From: Eledone cirrhosa
Lineage: Eukaryota
Assembly: GCA_964016885.1 (NCBI GenBank)
Contig: OZ024744.1
Span: forward strand, 60,202,001 to 60,266,000
Length of the DNA: 64,000 bases
Reading direction: 5' to 3'
Shown here one piece after another: positions 40,768 to 53,194 of this stretch. Below the pieces are notes generated by a model. It did no database searches and had not been told where the DNA came from. It was given only the letters and a program-made list of their open reading frames with translations. The position numbers and the translations under genes were made by a program. Each line of letters begins with the position of its first letter. The first letter of the stretch is position 1.

Positions 40768-43700
40768 TGTGGGACTGTGTGGAGGAGGTGACGTCAGATG
40801 TGGACACTTGACCGGAGGCAGAGGAGGAGTGAGGCGAGATGCGTTTCTGGGGCGACGTCCGTAGGCTGGGGCTATACGTTTCCGAGGCGGCGTCTGTAGG
40901 CTGCGTCCATGTGTTTCCAAGGTGGCGTCCGTAAGGCATCTCTCGTGGCGACTTGGAGCAAGACAGACGTACCGGATTAAGCTGCAGCTTGGCGACTTGA
41001 TTATAACGATGAAGATTGATGCCCGGCTTGGAGTGAACTAGCAGTGGAATAGCTTTCTCACCACAAACTATTTCGGCACATGAAGAAGTACAATTGAAAA
41101 AAAAAAAAAAAAAAAGCAGGGACAAAGACTATCTTGTTTTATCACTTACCGCGACCTTACCGCAGGACTAAAGAGATGGCGACGAGATTACGGTTGAGCG
41201 GTGAAGTACTTAAAGCTTTTACCAGTGAAGGAGACATTATCGCTTGGGTGTGAAAGGTTCGGGTGGTCGCCGAGCTACAAAAGATAGACGATGTGGCCGG
41301 TCTCATGGCACTATATCTCGAGGGGGATGCGCTAGCATTATATCTCGAGATGGACGAAATCAGCCAGAGGGACATGCACAAAATTGAACGGCGTATGATG
41401 GAAGCGTTTGCGGAAGGTCCGTGTACCGCGTTTGCCAAGCTGGCAAGGTCAACGTATGGATATTTTTGCTGCGGAGATAAGGAGATTGGCCATGCTGGCT
41501 GGGTTTCAGGTCGAGTGCAAGTGTGCAGTACGGCTGGCATTTATAAACGGATTTCCGGATGACATCGCGGTGAGACTGAAGCAAATACCTGGCTACAAGG
41601 AAATGGAGATGCGTACATTGGTAGAGCAAGCCCACATCATAGCGGAAGATGCTAAGAAGAGTGTTGCGGCAATAGCGGCGATGGAGGCCCAGGCACCGAC
41701 AGCGAAATTCCGAAAGGACGACAAACACGGCGAAGAGTCGCCCACACACGTTTAGGGGTCATTGTTATAGGTGCCAGGGTGCACACATGGCGAGAGATTG
41801 TAAGGAGTCGACACCAGACATAATTTGCTACCGGTGTAGGCGGCCAGGCCACATCGCTACCAATTGCAACCAGGGAAACGGTCCAAGGGGAGTTATTACG
41901 CCGGTAGCTAACCCTCGAGTGTAGAGGCGCTGCCTGTGGTGAAAGTCCTGGTGAAGGGAAAGCCATTACGAGCCCTCGTGGACACAGGATGTACAACGAC
42001 ACTGGTGACTACGGGGGTGGTGGAAAAGTGGAGAGGGAAGAGCATCATAAGGGCAGTCGGCGGTAGGAAGATTGAAGGTAGAGGTTGCAGTGAGGTGGAG
42101 ATTGTGGTAAGGGGAAAGAGAATTAGGCTTTCAGCCATTGTGGTCGACTGCGTAGTGGATGGAATTGACCTGGTTATGGGCATGGAAGCGATTGGCCGAT
42201 TAGGAGGCGTGACAGTGAACGATGTCGGAGTAACATTTGGTGGCGCTGCACCAGCATGCGTTGTGTGTACGCATCAGGAGAGCGAGAAGGCCCACGAGGA
42301 AAAATATGCCGCTCATACCGTACAGGATAAGGACTTCAAGGCCGTGTTCGACGGGCAGCGATGGGTTGTTGAGTGGTACTGGAAGGGAGAACCCCCAACA
42401 CTGAAGAACAAAGTGGGCTCCTATCAGCACACACTGAAAGGAGATACTAGGAGAGAGTTTGAGTGAGAGGTAGAGAGATGGATCGAGGAGGGCATACTGG
42501 TTCCCTGGAAGGAGGAGGTGAAGTGTGGGGTGCTGTTGTTAATGGCTGTGGTGCAACCCATGAAGAACAAGGTGAGACCAGTGTTGGATTTTCGGGAGCT
42601 GAACGAGCATCTGTCGTGTCAGACGGGTGGTGAGGTCACGGATGTCTGCGGGGAAACTCTGCGCGAGTGGAGACGTATGACGAGGGCTTCCATGATCGTC
42701 GACTTAAAGTCGGCATATCTACAGCTACGTGGAGAAGCTGTGGCAGTATCAGCTGGTCAGGTATGAGGGCCGGACATATTGCCTGACCAGGCTCGGTTTC
42801 GGGTTGAACTCTGCACCGAAGATCATGGCGGCGGTCCTCAAGACCGTTCTGGGAAAGACTGACAAGATGAAGAGGGTCACCAATTCCTACATCGACGACA
42901 TCTTAGTGGACGAGACTATAGTGTTGGCGGCGGAGGTTACGGATTGACTGCGAAGCCGTCAGAGGCGTTGGAGGGAGGAGCCGCACTAGGACTTAGGCTG
43001 TGAAAAGACAAGACGGGCACGTTGGAATTTCGGAGGAGAAATGAAGTCCCGGAACTAGGCCCAAACATGAATAAACGGGAACTCTTCTCGGTGTGTGGAA
43101 AATTGATAGGTCACTACCCAATCGCTGGGTGGTTCTGGGCGGCATGCAGCTATGTCAAGAGACGAGCGGACGGGGTTACTTGGAGTGACAAGGTGGGAGA
43201 GAGGATGATGGCCATGATACAGGAGATCGTGGGGAGGGTGAAACCGATGACTCGGTGCAAGGACGCTGGTATGTCCCTGAATCGCAGAGCGGGACCGTAT
43301 GATGCGATGCCAGTAGCATAGCGCTGGGTGTCACGTTGGAGATAGGAGGTGTTGAGGTCGAGGATGCAGCCTGGCTCAGGAATAAAGATGATTGTAACCA
43401 CATCAATGTGGCCGAACTGGACGCGGTGTTGAGAGGGGTGAACCTCACCCTGAAGTGGGGACTGCGCACCATCGAGATACGCACCGACTCGGCTACTGTA
43501 CTCAGATGGGTGAGGTCAGTGCTCACCAGTGAGAAGAGAGTGCGAAGGAGAGGGGCGGCAGAAATGCTGATAAAGCGCCGCATGGGAACTTTAGGAGAGC
43601 TGGCCACCGAGTCCGACCTGAGGCTGAGCTTAGTCTTCGTGCCCTCAGAGAAAAATAGGGCGGACGTTTTAACCAGGGTGAAGAAAGCCTAGATGGAAGC

Positions 43701-44535
43701 GCCGGAGGATGCAGAAGAGGGGATAGTCGCTGTGTGTCGGCTGAGCGAGTAGGACCTTAAAGGGTTGCATGCCATGCACCACATGGGAGTGAATAGGACC
43801 CTGTTCCTAGCCAGGAGAATCGATTCCGACGTTCGCAGAGACAGTGTCCAGAGAGTGGTCAGAGGCTGCGTCCGATGCCAGTCTATTGATCCCGCTCTGG
43901 GTGTGCACGAGTCAGGAAGTCTCCTGGTGGATCGCGACTGGAAATAATTGGCGGTGGATGGAACACACTACCGACAGGGAACATACCTCTCAATGGTTGA
44001 TTGTGGACGATATGAAGGGAAATGAAGATGGGAACTGCGGAGGAAATCACGCAGACGTTGAGAGAGATATTCTTGGAGCGGGGCCCTGTGGATGAACTGC
44101 TGATGGATAATAGCGCTGTGTTCCGCTCGGAGGCGCAGAGGGAAATGCTTGATGGATGGAAGGTGGACCGCTTCTTCAGAGCAGCATACAGGCCGAGCGG
44201 ATGGCGGATTATCACATGCAGCAGAGTGAGGAGGAGATTGATCCTTGAGATCAGGGGGGCACGTGTGGGGCTGTGTGGAGGAGGTGATGTCAGATGTGGA
44301 CGCTTGACCGGAGGCGGAGGAGTGAGGCGAGATGCGTTTCTGGGGCGACGTCCGTAGGCTGCATCCATGTGTTTCCGAGGTGGCGTCCGTAAGGCATCTC
44401 TCACGGCGACTTGGAGCAAGACGGACGTACCGGATTAAGCTGCAGCTTGGCGACTTGATTATAACGACGAAGATTGATGCCTGTTTTGGAGTGAACCAGC
44501 AGACTCGCGGTAAGTGGAATAGCTTTCTCACCACA
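40768..44535 (+). mobile_element. LTR retrotransposon A (atypical lineage), both LTRs present, 5-bp TSD TTATC
   Basis: LTRs 40768-41065 and 44264-44535 (TGT..ACA); PPT-like AGATCAGGGGGG; gag with 2 CCHC, ALVDTGC, VLDFRELN, YIDDILV, HINVAELD, HHCC finger, partial integrase (LLMDN). Confidence 0.96.
41066..41077 (+). promoter_or_regulatory. Non-canonical PBS candidate AACTATTTCGGC
   Basis: Abuts the LTR; 11/12 complementary to tRNA-Phe nt 1-12; conserved with 57197-57208. Confidence 0.7.
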
Positions 44536-45299
44536 TTATCGAGGCAAAAAATATTCTGATTACAGAACTCAGAAGAAAACAAATATAAGAAAATGGACAA
44601 ATATTTCATTTGTTACTACTCATAATCCAAAGAACTAGAATATTTTGACTACCACTAAAAGCTTTCCCCTGATTTCTCAACAGTCCCCTAAAATGAATAA
44701 ACTACTGACTGAATCACAGATAATCAACATGAGATGCCAAATACCCAATTTAAAGAAACTCTTAACCAAAGCAAGGTTTATATCAGAAAGGGTTGAAAAA
44801 TGTGTTGATCCTCATTGTATGACATGTGAGTATGACATGTGAGTATGACATGTGAGTATATTGAATAGATTACTTTTAAACTGGCAAAACATTTTAAATT
44901 TATGCAAGTATGAATTGCAAATTTCTACTTGTCCACAATGCAAGGGAAATTATATCAAGCAAACTGGACAGGATTATAAGTGTATGTAAATAAGTGTAAA
45001 GAACAAAACATACAGTGAACACTTTGAAGGTGTTAAAAATGAAAATTTTAAATATTTTTTCAAGTTATGGAAAGAAACTGACTATTTTGAAAGTGTAAAG
45101 AATATTATTTTATTAAAAAATGTAAACCCCAAAAGAATAGAAAATAATATTTGAGCAACCAGAAATACCATCAAACCGATTTCAATGTCCTTTGACAATG
45201 TTAACAATATGCTGACTGAAAAACAGTAAGAGTTCTTGAATCATAATGGAATAGAATGTCATTGAAAATGTGTCATTCTAATTATTTTCAGGTTCCAAA

Positions 45300-45990
45300 C
45301 ATGACAGCGAATGACATCAAATGCAGTTCAACTTGCAAGAGGATTGAGTCTTCTCTCACACAACACCATCTTGCCTACCTTTGGTCTGCCTCATTGCCAA
45401 ACACATGTGTGGCTCAATTCAGTGCCCTCTTCATCAACTGATACCTTTCTTGATCATGAGCATACCCATGGTCTTGGCCTCCACATAAGTCAATCACTCA
45501 AATACTATGGTCAACAAGTTTGGACTACATCCACTTTCTTGTCACCACAGTGCAAGTTGGTTCCCTCAGTATGCCATCTTGAGTGACACAATCAGAAGGA
45601 ATCTAGATGCAGCTAGTTTCCCTTCGCAATTGGTTTTTGTTGACCTCAGCCCCAGCAACGATAACCATTTTCCTGTTCAAAGAAGGTAAATGACTAATAT
45701 GGGATGCCACGTGTTGTGACATATTCTCTGATTCTGACTCCCCATTGCCTCAGTCACTAGTCCAAGAACCAATAGCTGTAATGCAAAGGATCGGAAGATT
45801 ACAAAAGCCTGGGATTTGATTGACTGCCACTTTTTTGTGCTGTTTGCCATTAAGACCTCCGGTGTCCTTGGTCTGTGGATTTCAGTTTTCCTCCACAAAA
45901 TAAGAAAGGACCCCCATGAAATGGAATGGTTGGTGCAACATGAGTTGTTGGCCCTTTTCCTGCAACAACGCTTTCGCCATCTTATCCACA
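45300..45990 (+). mobile_element. Old CRE-like 3' fragment
   Basis: FGLHPLSC, RRNLDAA, WDATCC, FA.KTSGVLG remnants. Confidence 0.7.
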
Positions 45991-46197
45991 AGGTGCAGCT
46001 GAGATGTACTGCCCAGCCAAACATACAGAGTTTCTCTTTAAATGTTTCTTTCTTCCCCTTTTTTCTTTTTCTCTCTTCTTGTTTATTATTTTCTATTGAC
46101 ATGTATTTAGATAGATTCTAATGGCTATCCATCCTTCTAGGAAACCCCCCCCCCCTTCCTTCAACTACAATTTATCCATTGTTACGTTTATTGGTTA

Positions 46198-48570
46198 TTT
46201 TTTTTTTTTTAATCATAAACTGTTGTCACATTTTCAAAAATAATACGCGATAGGGCCCCACCCACAGCCCCGGCAGGCAGAATGGAGAAGGCGTTTCCCC
46301 GGAGGACAGCAAGGGAGACGCGCTGGAAAAGCCACTCCAATTCACAGGGCTCACACCTGCAGCTGGCCAGCTCAGTGCCTATGGTGGTGAGTAAGGAGGC
46401 AGCCCTGGGGCCGAGGACACCAGAAGTCTCCACTGCCAGGGGTCCGACCACAAACCTGTCGAAGAGCGACCGGTATTTGAGGAGTTTGGCCCCCTCAGCC
46501 TGACGTGCAGCAGAACCTGGGTCAGTCGCAGACTGCACCGGGTTGCGGCTGCAGAAAATGTCGGTGCAAGTGGCATCCCAGACAAGGTGTTTGCCACCGC
46601 AGAACAGGAAGATGGTCATGCCATCTGGCCTTTTACCATCCGCTCGATCCAGCCCCACCGACTCGAGCTGGGAAGGGAAGCCTGCAGCCTCCAAGCCATG
46701 CTTAATGACCTTGTTGAAGGCAGAATGGCGTGGAATGCGGCAACAGGAAAGCGGGTGGAGGCCGAAAGAGTCCACGGTGGAACCGCAGCGACATTGGTGT
46801 GGCTGGCAGATCCAGAAGCCAAGCCTCAGGGAAACACTGTTGCGCAGGCTATGGTTGTCTAGCTGCGTGCCAGTGGAGAAGGAGGGAAGGGCATGGCGCC
46901 AGGCACCACTGTAGGGTTTGGAGGCTGCACGAAAACAAGCAAGGTGGTGCTGGTCGAGCTGGCGCGTGAGCCTGTCTGAGGCCAGGCTGCACTGGATGGC
47001 ATCCCAAGTGCGTTGAGGGGGGGGACTTGACGTCAACAGGGGAGAAGGAGGAGGGATGTCTACTGGGCTAAGTCCCAGCCGGTCCCACATCTCACAGGCG
47101 GCCTCACGTTCTCTGAACACAGAGGGTTCTGTTGTGTTTTGAAGAACCCTGCTGACGAGGACGCAGCACAAGGTAACTTAGTGGAGAATGGACCGCACGT
47201 CTGAGACGGAGTCTGCAAAGCTCTCAGCATCGAGGCTGACATTCACCACCTCTGACTTGGCCAAGTTGACCTGGAGGCCGATTCCCGCCAGGGCAGGAAC
47301 CACCGATTTAAGGTCATGGCAGACAGTCCGTACGGGCCCGCCAAAGGTAGCATCATCCAGATACCAAACGTTGAGAGGGGCCATGATACTCTGGTCAATG
47401 CCAAGGGTCACCCAGTTGGACCTCAGTAGCCGAAGGTATGACCGTATCAGCAGCAAGGAGCATGCTCAGGGCTCCATATGGCAGGTAGGCCAGTGGGTAG
47501 GCAGAGGGGGCTAGGCTGAAGTAGGCCTCGAGCAGATGATCCCGGCGTAAAGAGTTGAAGGCATTCCTCATGTCAAGCTTGACAATGAGGTGCCTGGAGT
47601 CCCTGGGTGCCGGTTCCGATGGGCAGCTGTTGAAGAACTGCCTGGTTGCATAAGCGGCCCCCTCACAGCCACCGGACATGCCGACACCCAGTTACACTGG
47701 ACTAAACTCCTCACCCAGTTCGTGAGTTACGGACTTGCAGATCACCTTGGCAGCCAGCCTCCGGAAGACATTGCCAACAGCGATGGGGCGTATGCCACCC
47801 TCTTTTTTCCTGAGAGCGGTGAGGCTGGCCGAAAAAAAGAGGCCTCGGGCGTGAGGGTCCAGGGTGCCATGGATGAGCCTATTGGTGAGCGCCACAATTA
47901 CACTCAGAAGGCGGCGCCCGGCCTCAGCGGAGAGGGGGGATATCAACTCCTTGAGGTGGCCTGGGCGGAGACCATCAACACCTCCGCAGCTGCTAGCTGA
48001 GAAGGACCTGATGGCGGACATGATGTCTGCATCAGAAGCCACAAGGAGCAAGTGGGGGTCGGGTGTGGGTATGGGTCTCAGATCAGTGGGTGACTCAGGG
48101 TGTTTGAGTTGCAGAGCAGCCAGGACTTCCTCGGTGGGTTGGAGGACAGTGTCCTCTGAGGCAACAACTCTGACTGCAGCCGAGACAGCACCCATGATAA
48201 GCTTGGCGATTACCTGGTCACGCAAACGCTTGGCGCTGGCCTCAGGGGTGGAGGATAGGGGGTACCTGAGGGTGGGGTGTGTGGCGTCCCTGGGCACGCT
48301 TGGAATGGGCGCTTGCCCAAAGGACGAGACATTGGCCTTGATGAAGGCTGCTGTTGACAGGCCGCCCCGGTCAGTGCCAGAGCTGGGGAGGCCGAGGGCG
48401 AGTGGCATGAAATAAAACAGCCGCTCCCAGTCATTGGCTCGATTGGAGTCCAGGGCACTCTCAATCGAGAAAGTGAGGGCATCGGCTACCGGCACCCGGG
48501 CTGCTCTCGGGATCCTGAGTGGGATCTTCTGGAGCCGCCTGAGCCAAGCGATGTTGACCAGCGAGGCTTG
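46198..48570 (-). mobile_element. CRE-like non-LTR retrotransposon, best-preserved copy, with poly(A) tail
   Basis: KKEGGIRPIAVGNVFRRLAAK, KLDMRNAFNSLRRD, WYLDD, CRCG..DSFGLH..C, PRHSAFN, DGKRPDG, WDATC, K..KY; T13 at 46198-46210. Confidence 0.95.
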
Positions 48571-48599
48571 AGCTATAAATATTCTCAATGGACGCGCTT

Positions 48600-49400
48600 A
48601 CAATATTTGTATATAACTGAACCGTCATGTCATTTAATTTGAAAAGTGGAGCAAAATAAAAGGAGAAGTGAATTTGGAGTGTCAATCCCTTGTGTTTTTT
48701 TGTTTGTTTTTTTTTCAATACCGGACTTACAGTTTTCCAGGATTTATAGACTCATTTGTTTTTATTTTTCCTTCAAAAGGATGGAGGCGTTTTATCTCCT
48801 CATGAAACTGACATTACTTAATGATGTTCGTCATCTATGGCTTATTCATATGTATTATTTCATAACTCTATCAGGGCGGTGGATTGGCAGTATCGGTAGA
48901 GGGTCGGACGCCATGCTTTCCAGCATAGTTACGTCCCTTTACGATCTGAGTTCAAATCCCACCGAGGTTGACTTTGCTTTTCATCCTTACGGGGTCGATA
49001 AAATAAAGTACCAGTAATGCACTGGGTAATTGCTGGCCTTGTACCTAAAGTAGAAACACAATTATTTCATAACTCTATTGAACATTTAGAATGTTTGTGC
49101 AGTGTTCTGTGTCCAGCCAGGTTTGTACAACAGGTAAGAAAAATGATGATTCGGTGACGGTTTCTTCTGATAGGAGCCTCTTCTACGTTGGAAGATCGCA
49201 GTGTGTTTTCTTGTCTTCTTCAATACTTTCATAAACGGCTTCGGAGATTTAAAACTTATGTTTCCATTGGTGCTTCCATTTCCACACAGTTCTATTGTCT
49301 TTGGATGTTTATATATGAAGAATTATGAAGGAGTAAATTTATTCATTGTCAGGCTTTACTGTAGATATTTTCTCCCATTCTTTTGCATATATGATGCACT
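48600..49400 (-). mobile_element. Old Helitron-related remnant
   Basis: 48660-48815 is similar to 62365-62492, which is contiguous with a Pif1 helicase fragment. Confidence 0.45.
48872..49060 (+). mobile_element. tRNA-derived SINE with 18-bp TSD
   Basis: A-box-like TGGCAGTATCGG, B-box GAGTTCAAATCC, central TTTCATCCTT.CGGGGTCGATAAAAT..GTACCAG; TSD ATTATTTCATAACTCTAT at 48854-48871 and 49061-49078. Confidence 0.9.
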
Positions 49401-49442
49401 ATATATAAATTTGAACAACTTCCATCTGTCTGTCACACAATT

Positions 49443-49545
49443 AGGAAGGAAGGGGTAATGATGTCACACACCAGAGATGATTGAGGAAGGAAGGGGTGAT
49501 GACATCACGCACTAGAGATGACTGAGGAAGGAAGGGGTGATGACA
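49443..49545 (+). repeat. About 41-bp minisatellite, about 2.5 copies
   Basis: AGGAAGGAAGGGGT(G/A)ATGA... occurs three times. Confidence 0.75.
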
Positions 49546-49669
49546 CTGTTATTATGACTATGCTTTTCCTTGAATTTTATTTTGCCTTATTATAATAAGA
49601 TTATTGAAGTTAATGAACAAGCCATGGCCATATGGTAGAAATCAGTACTAGAAAAGAAAACATTTTGTA

Positions 49670-51740
49670 CACCTACCTACCGCCCTCATATGCTCCCCAT
49701 TTCCAATATTCTGGCTCCACCTCCTACACCCCTGAATTTAATGCCCTCCTCTCCTCAGCCTTCCACCCTAGCAACAGGCACAAAAAAAGGAAGGACCTGC
49801 TCGACAAGCTTATTCCACCTCTCTTGCATCAAACTCACATGGAATGCTTGCACTGGTGGCACTGCTAATCATGACTATCCACCCAACATCCAGGCAGTCA
49901 TGGGCGCCCGGAAAATGGGGGCCCTGAACCTGTTCAACTCAAACAAGTGTCTTGTGGCAATCTCCTGCCTCAGGCAGTTGTGGAGAATCATCCCCAGGGC
50001 TGCCCGCACCCTGTAGCCGAAGCGCTAGCGACTTCAATTAACCGCATACTTGACTCGGGTAACCCACAAGATTGTTCCAGTCATTAACAGCCCTCACAAA
50101 CTTGCCCAGCCATTCCTGCAATCTTTTCTTCGCAGCCAGTCTGACCACTCTGAGAAAGAATGATGGAGACGTTCGTCCCATCGCCATTGGTAACATCTTC
50201 CGATGACTTGCAACCAAGATAGCTTGTATGTCAGTCAAAGATGGCCTGAGTGAAATGCTAAACCCTGTCCAACTTGGAGTGGGAATCAGGTGCAGAAATG
50301 AGGCTGCAGATCATGCGGCCAGACATTTCATAGCGCATGCGCCTCATTCATCATCCCACCACCCTGTGAAGTTGGACATGAGAAATGCCTTCAACAGCGT
50401 TAGAGAGGATCACGTCCTGGACATGTCCGAGATGAGCTCCCTCCATTTACCCCCCTCATTCACCTCACATGCGGAAGACTCAAGTCACACATGGCACTGA
50501 CAACAGGGTTGCTTCTGCCATGGGTATCCAGCAGGGAGACCCACTCAGATTGCTCTTCTTTGTGTTGACAGTCAACAATGGTGCCCACTCGGTCTGCTTT
50601 CCCCATTAACGTTTGGTACCTGGATGACATGACCTGGGGTAGCCTGGCTGAGATGGTACTTGAGGACCTTCGGCAAATCGTCATAGCCCTCGGACTTGAG
50701 ATCAACCCATACAAGTCTGAGGTGACAAACGTCAGCTACAGAGAGGCTGAATTCCACAATGCCGTACTCAGCACATATCACGTCCTGTCCAGGGGTCCGG
50801 CTAACACCCAAAGATGCCGTATGCATTCTCAGCTCTCCAATTCTCTTGAAAGCCACAAGAGAATGCCTGGAGACTAAGCAGATAGATATGTTGAACCTGA
50901 CGTGGCCCCAGAGCTTGAACAGGCTCTGTTCAACTGGATAGGCGAAGGCCTCTCTGTCCCCCAGTATACAAATATACAAATCTCCAATGCAACTGGGACA
51001 GCATTAAATGTAGGTCTTCTTTCAGGCGAATTGAGTTTGGCTTGGACCAACACCACCTCTGCTCTGCTTCACAGCCAAATAGTGGTGCGTGGCTCAATTC
51101 GGTGCTCTCCTCATCGACCAGTACTCTTCGTGATGACGAGTGCACTTGCATCAGAGTGGTTCAATGCCTCAGCCTCCATGTGTGTGAGCCACATAAATGA
51201 TATTGTGGGGCGGTCATTCATGATTTTGGCCTGCACCCACTGTCTTGCCACCAGAGCGCACGCAGACCAGTTCCCCCAATATGCTTCTCTGAATGCCATA
51301 TTGAGAAGGAGCCTGGATACAGCTGGCTTCCATTACAACTGGAACCAGCAGCCATGACTGCAAAGACAGCAAGCGCCTTGATGGAATCACACCCTCTTTG
51401 TATTCGAAGGAGGTAGATCCCTCATCTGGGATGCCACATATGACACGTTCTCCATTACAAACCCCAATACTGTGGCCTGCTATGGAGAGGAAAGGAAGAT
51501 AAACAAATACCGGATTGTCTGGCTGCTTCCTTTTCACACTGGTTGCCGTTGAGACCTCAGGTGTACTCGGACCCCGTACTACCAAGCTCCTCCGCAAAAT
51601 CGGAATGTCAGCGGTCCATCTGAGGAAGGAGCCCCGTAAATTGGGGTGGCTGTTGTAGGAGTGTCGCTGGCTATCGTCCACGGGAATGCTGTTGCAGTCC
51701 TGTCTGCAGAGCGCATTCCCATTAACGCTGCACCCAAGGC
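49670..51740 (+). mobile_element. CRE-like element, degraded
   Basis: WRIIPRAAR, KNDGDVRPIAIGNIFR, KLDMRNAFNS, WYLDD, KRLDG, WDAT, VETSGVLG. Confidence 0.85.
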
Positions 51741-51939
51741 CCAGAGCCCTATCACCCTCATCCTCTCCATTATTCTGTGACACTAGGACTTTGCCTTTCC
51801 CTTCCTTTGTCGTTTTTTTTTCATATTTTCTTAATTTACATTCCATTCTTTCTTCACAATGCGCACGCTCGAAATTTTAACGTCTTTCCATTTCATTTAA
51901 CTTAAATCTGTTTCTATACAAGCAAGTCAATCCGATCAA

Positions 51940-52134
51940 TTTTTAAGTCTCTGATAAGGTTACTCCCTTGATAATGGGTTTTTAAACCTGAAAATATTTG
52001 GGATTGTTAAATTTGCTAAGGTAAGATTCTTTTGTTATCTTGGAAATTTAATTTTCTTCCTAATGCATTGTTTTGGTTTTTAAAATTATTTAAATTTGTG
52101 TTTCCTATTCAACAATGCTTCAAGTAAGCTACAA

Positions 52135-52173
<39 letters not shown>

Positions 52174-52790
52174 TAGTGATCTAGTATACCCAAGATCCGT
52201 TATTAGGGCTGTAGCTAAGGGTGTCTCGGATAGAAGCTCAAACTTATCTGCTAACCATGGGATCTTCAGCGATCCTGCTAAATATTATAATACAGCTTTA
52301 GCCCAATATATTAGGTACAACTCTGGAGAAAATAATCGGGATGCCCTCTGGGTAAACTCGTCTAGCGGTCTCGGGAAGAGAAGAAACCCTTTGAAAGTAG
52401 GGAGGCTTGAGACCAAAGCACCTAAACCTCCAGGGCAACATATACAAGCTTTAAGGATAGATGGTATAACCACCACCACTACTTTAATAGGTTAGATAAA
52501 TGAAAGAGTACAGCCCTTTAGAACTGATTTGGAATCTCAAGTTAGACAATACCCCATATACTTTAGTATGGTCAAAGGTTAAGGAAGTACACCCTGACAG
52601 GGGTGGGTCTGGCATTTGTAGGCTCTGTCTAAGTGAAACCCTAGAAATACTCAGAGGTGGGAGGCAAATGATTAATCATAGGGCTGACTTCTTTGGTTCT
52701 TGTCGACACCAAACCAAAAGTACTTTCCGCAAGCTATATGGTCAGCAACCATGCCACGTAGGGTCCTTAATGTCTACACCTACATAATTT
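51940..52790 (+). mobile_element. Penelope-like fragment with pLTR-like segment
   Basis: IWNLK..TPY...W....CRLCLSE; upstream segment homologous to 20540-20830. Confidence 0.7.
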
Positions 52791-53194
52791 TTCATATTGC
52801 ACCTTAGAGACATACTTACCTTGTGGTAGGACCCATGCCAAGATCTCCACATACTAACATAATTCTATTAGGTAGTTATACATACATACTAACATCAATA
52901 TCATATAAATCAACCGTTGGCAGGACTTGATCCTGTGACTTGCTGCACACTCCACATTACTGGCCTCAGGGCTTTATTCCTGGGTCTATGTAATCTCTTC
53001 CTCTCTATCCTGTTCCTTGAGTTCTGATACTTCTATTTTACAACATATTTCTCCAACCTCTTCAAAACTAACCGAAGATAGTTCCTCCTTAAAAATGTAT
53101 ATATATGATACTCGCTGAACTCTATGACAAAATTATTCCTCCAATTGTTGTTATTGTATCAAAATTGTTAGCGTATGAAACTGACCAATGGGAA

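Larger units (their letters stand above)
40430..45140 (+). mobile_element. Old Neptune-type Penelope remnant, split by the LTR element at 40768-44535
   Basis: TKENIPF and ELKMFLERQKYP before the insertion; FVTTHNP, NLKKLLTKA and C.DPHCMTC after it. Confidence 0.6.

Noticed and set aside
48872-48965. tRNA gene
   Set aside because: A and B boxes are present but no cloverleaf; it has a TSD and multiple copies, so it is a SINE
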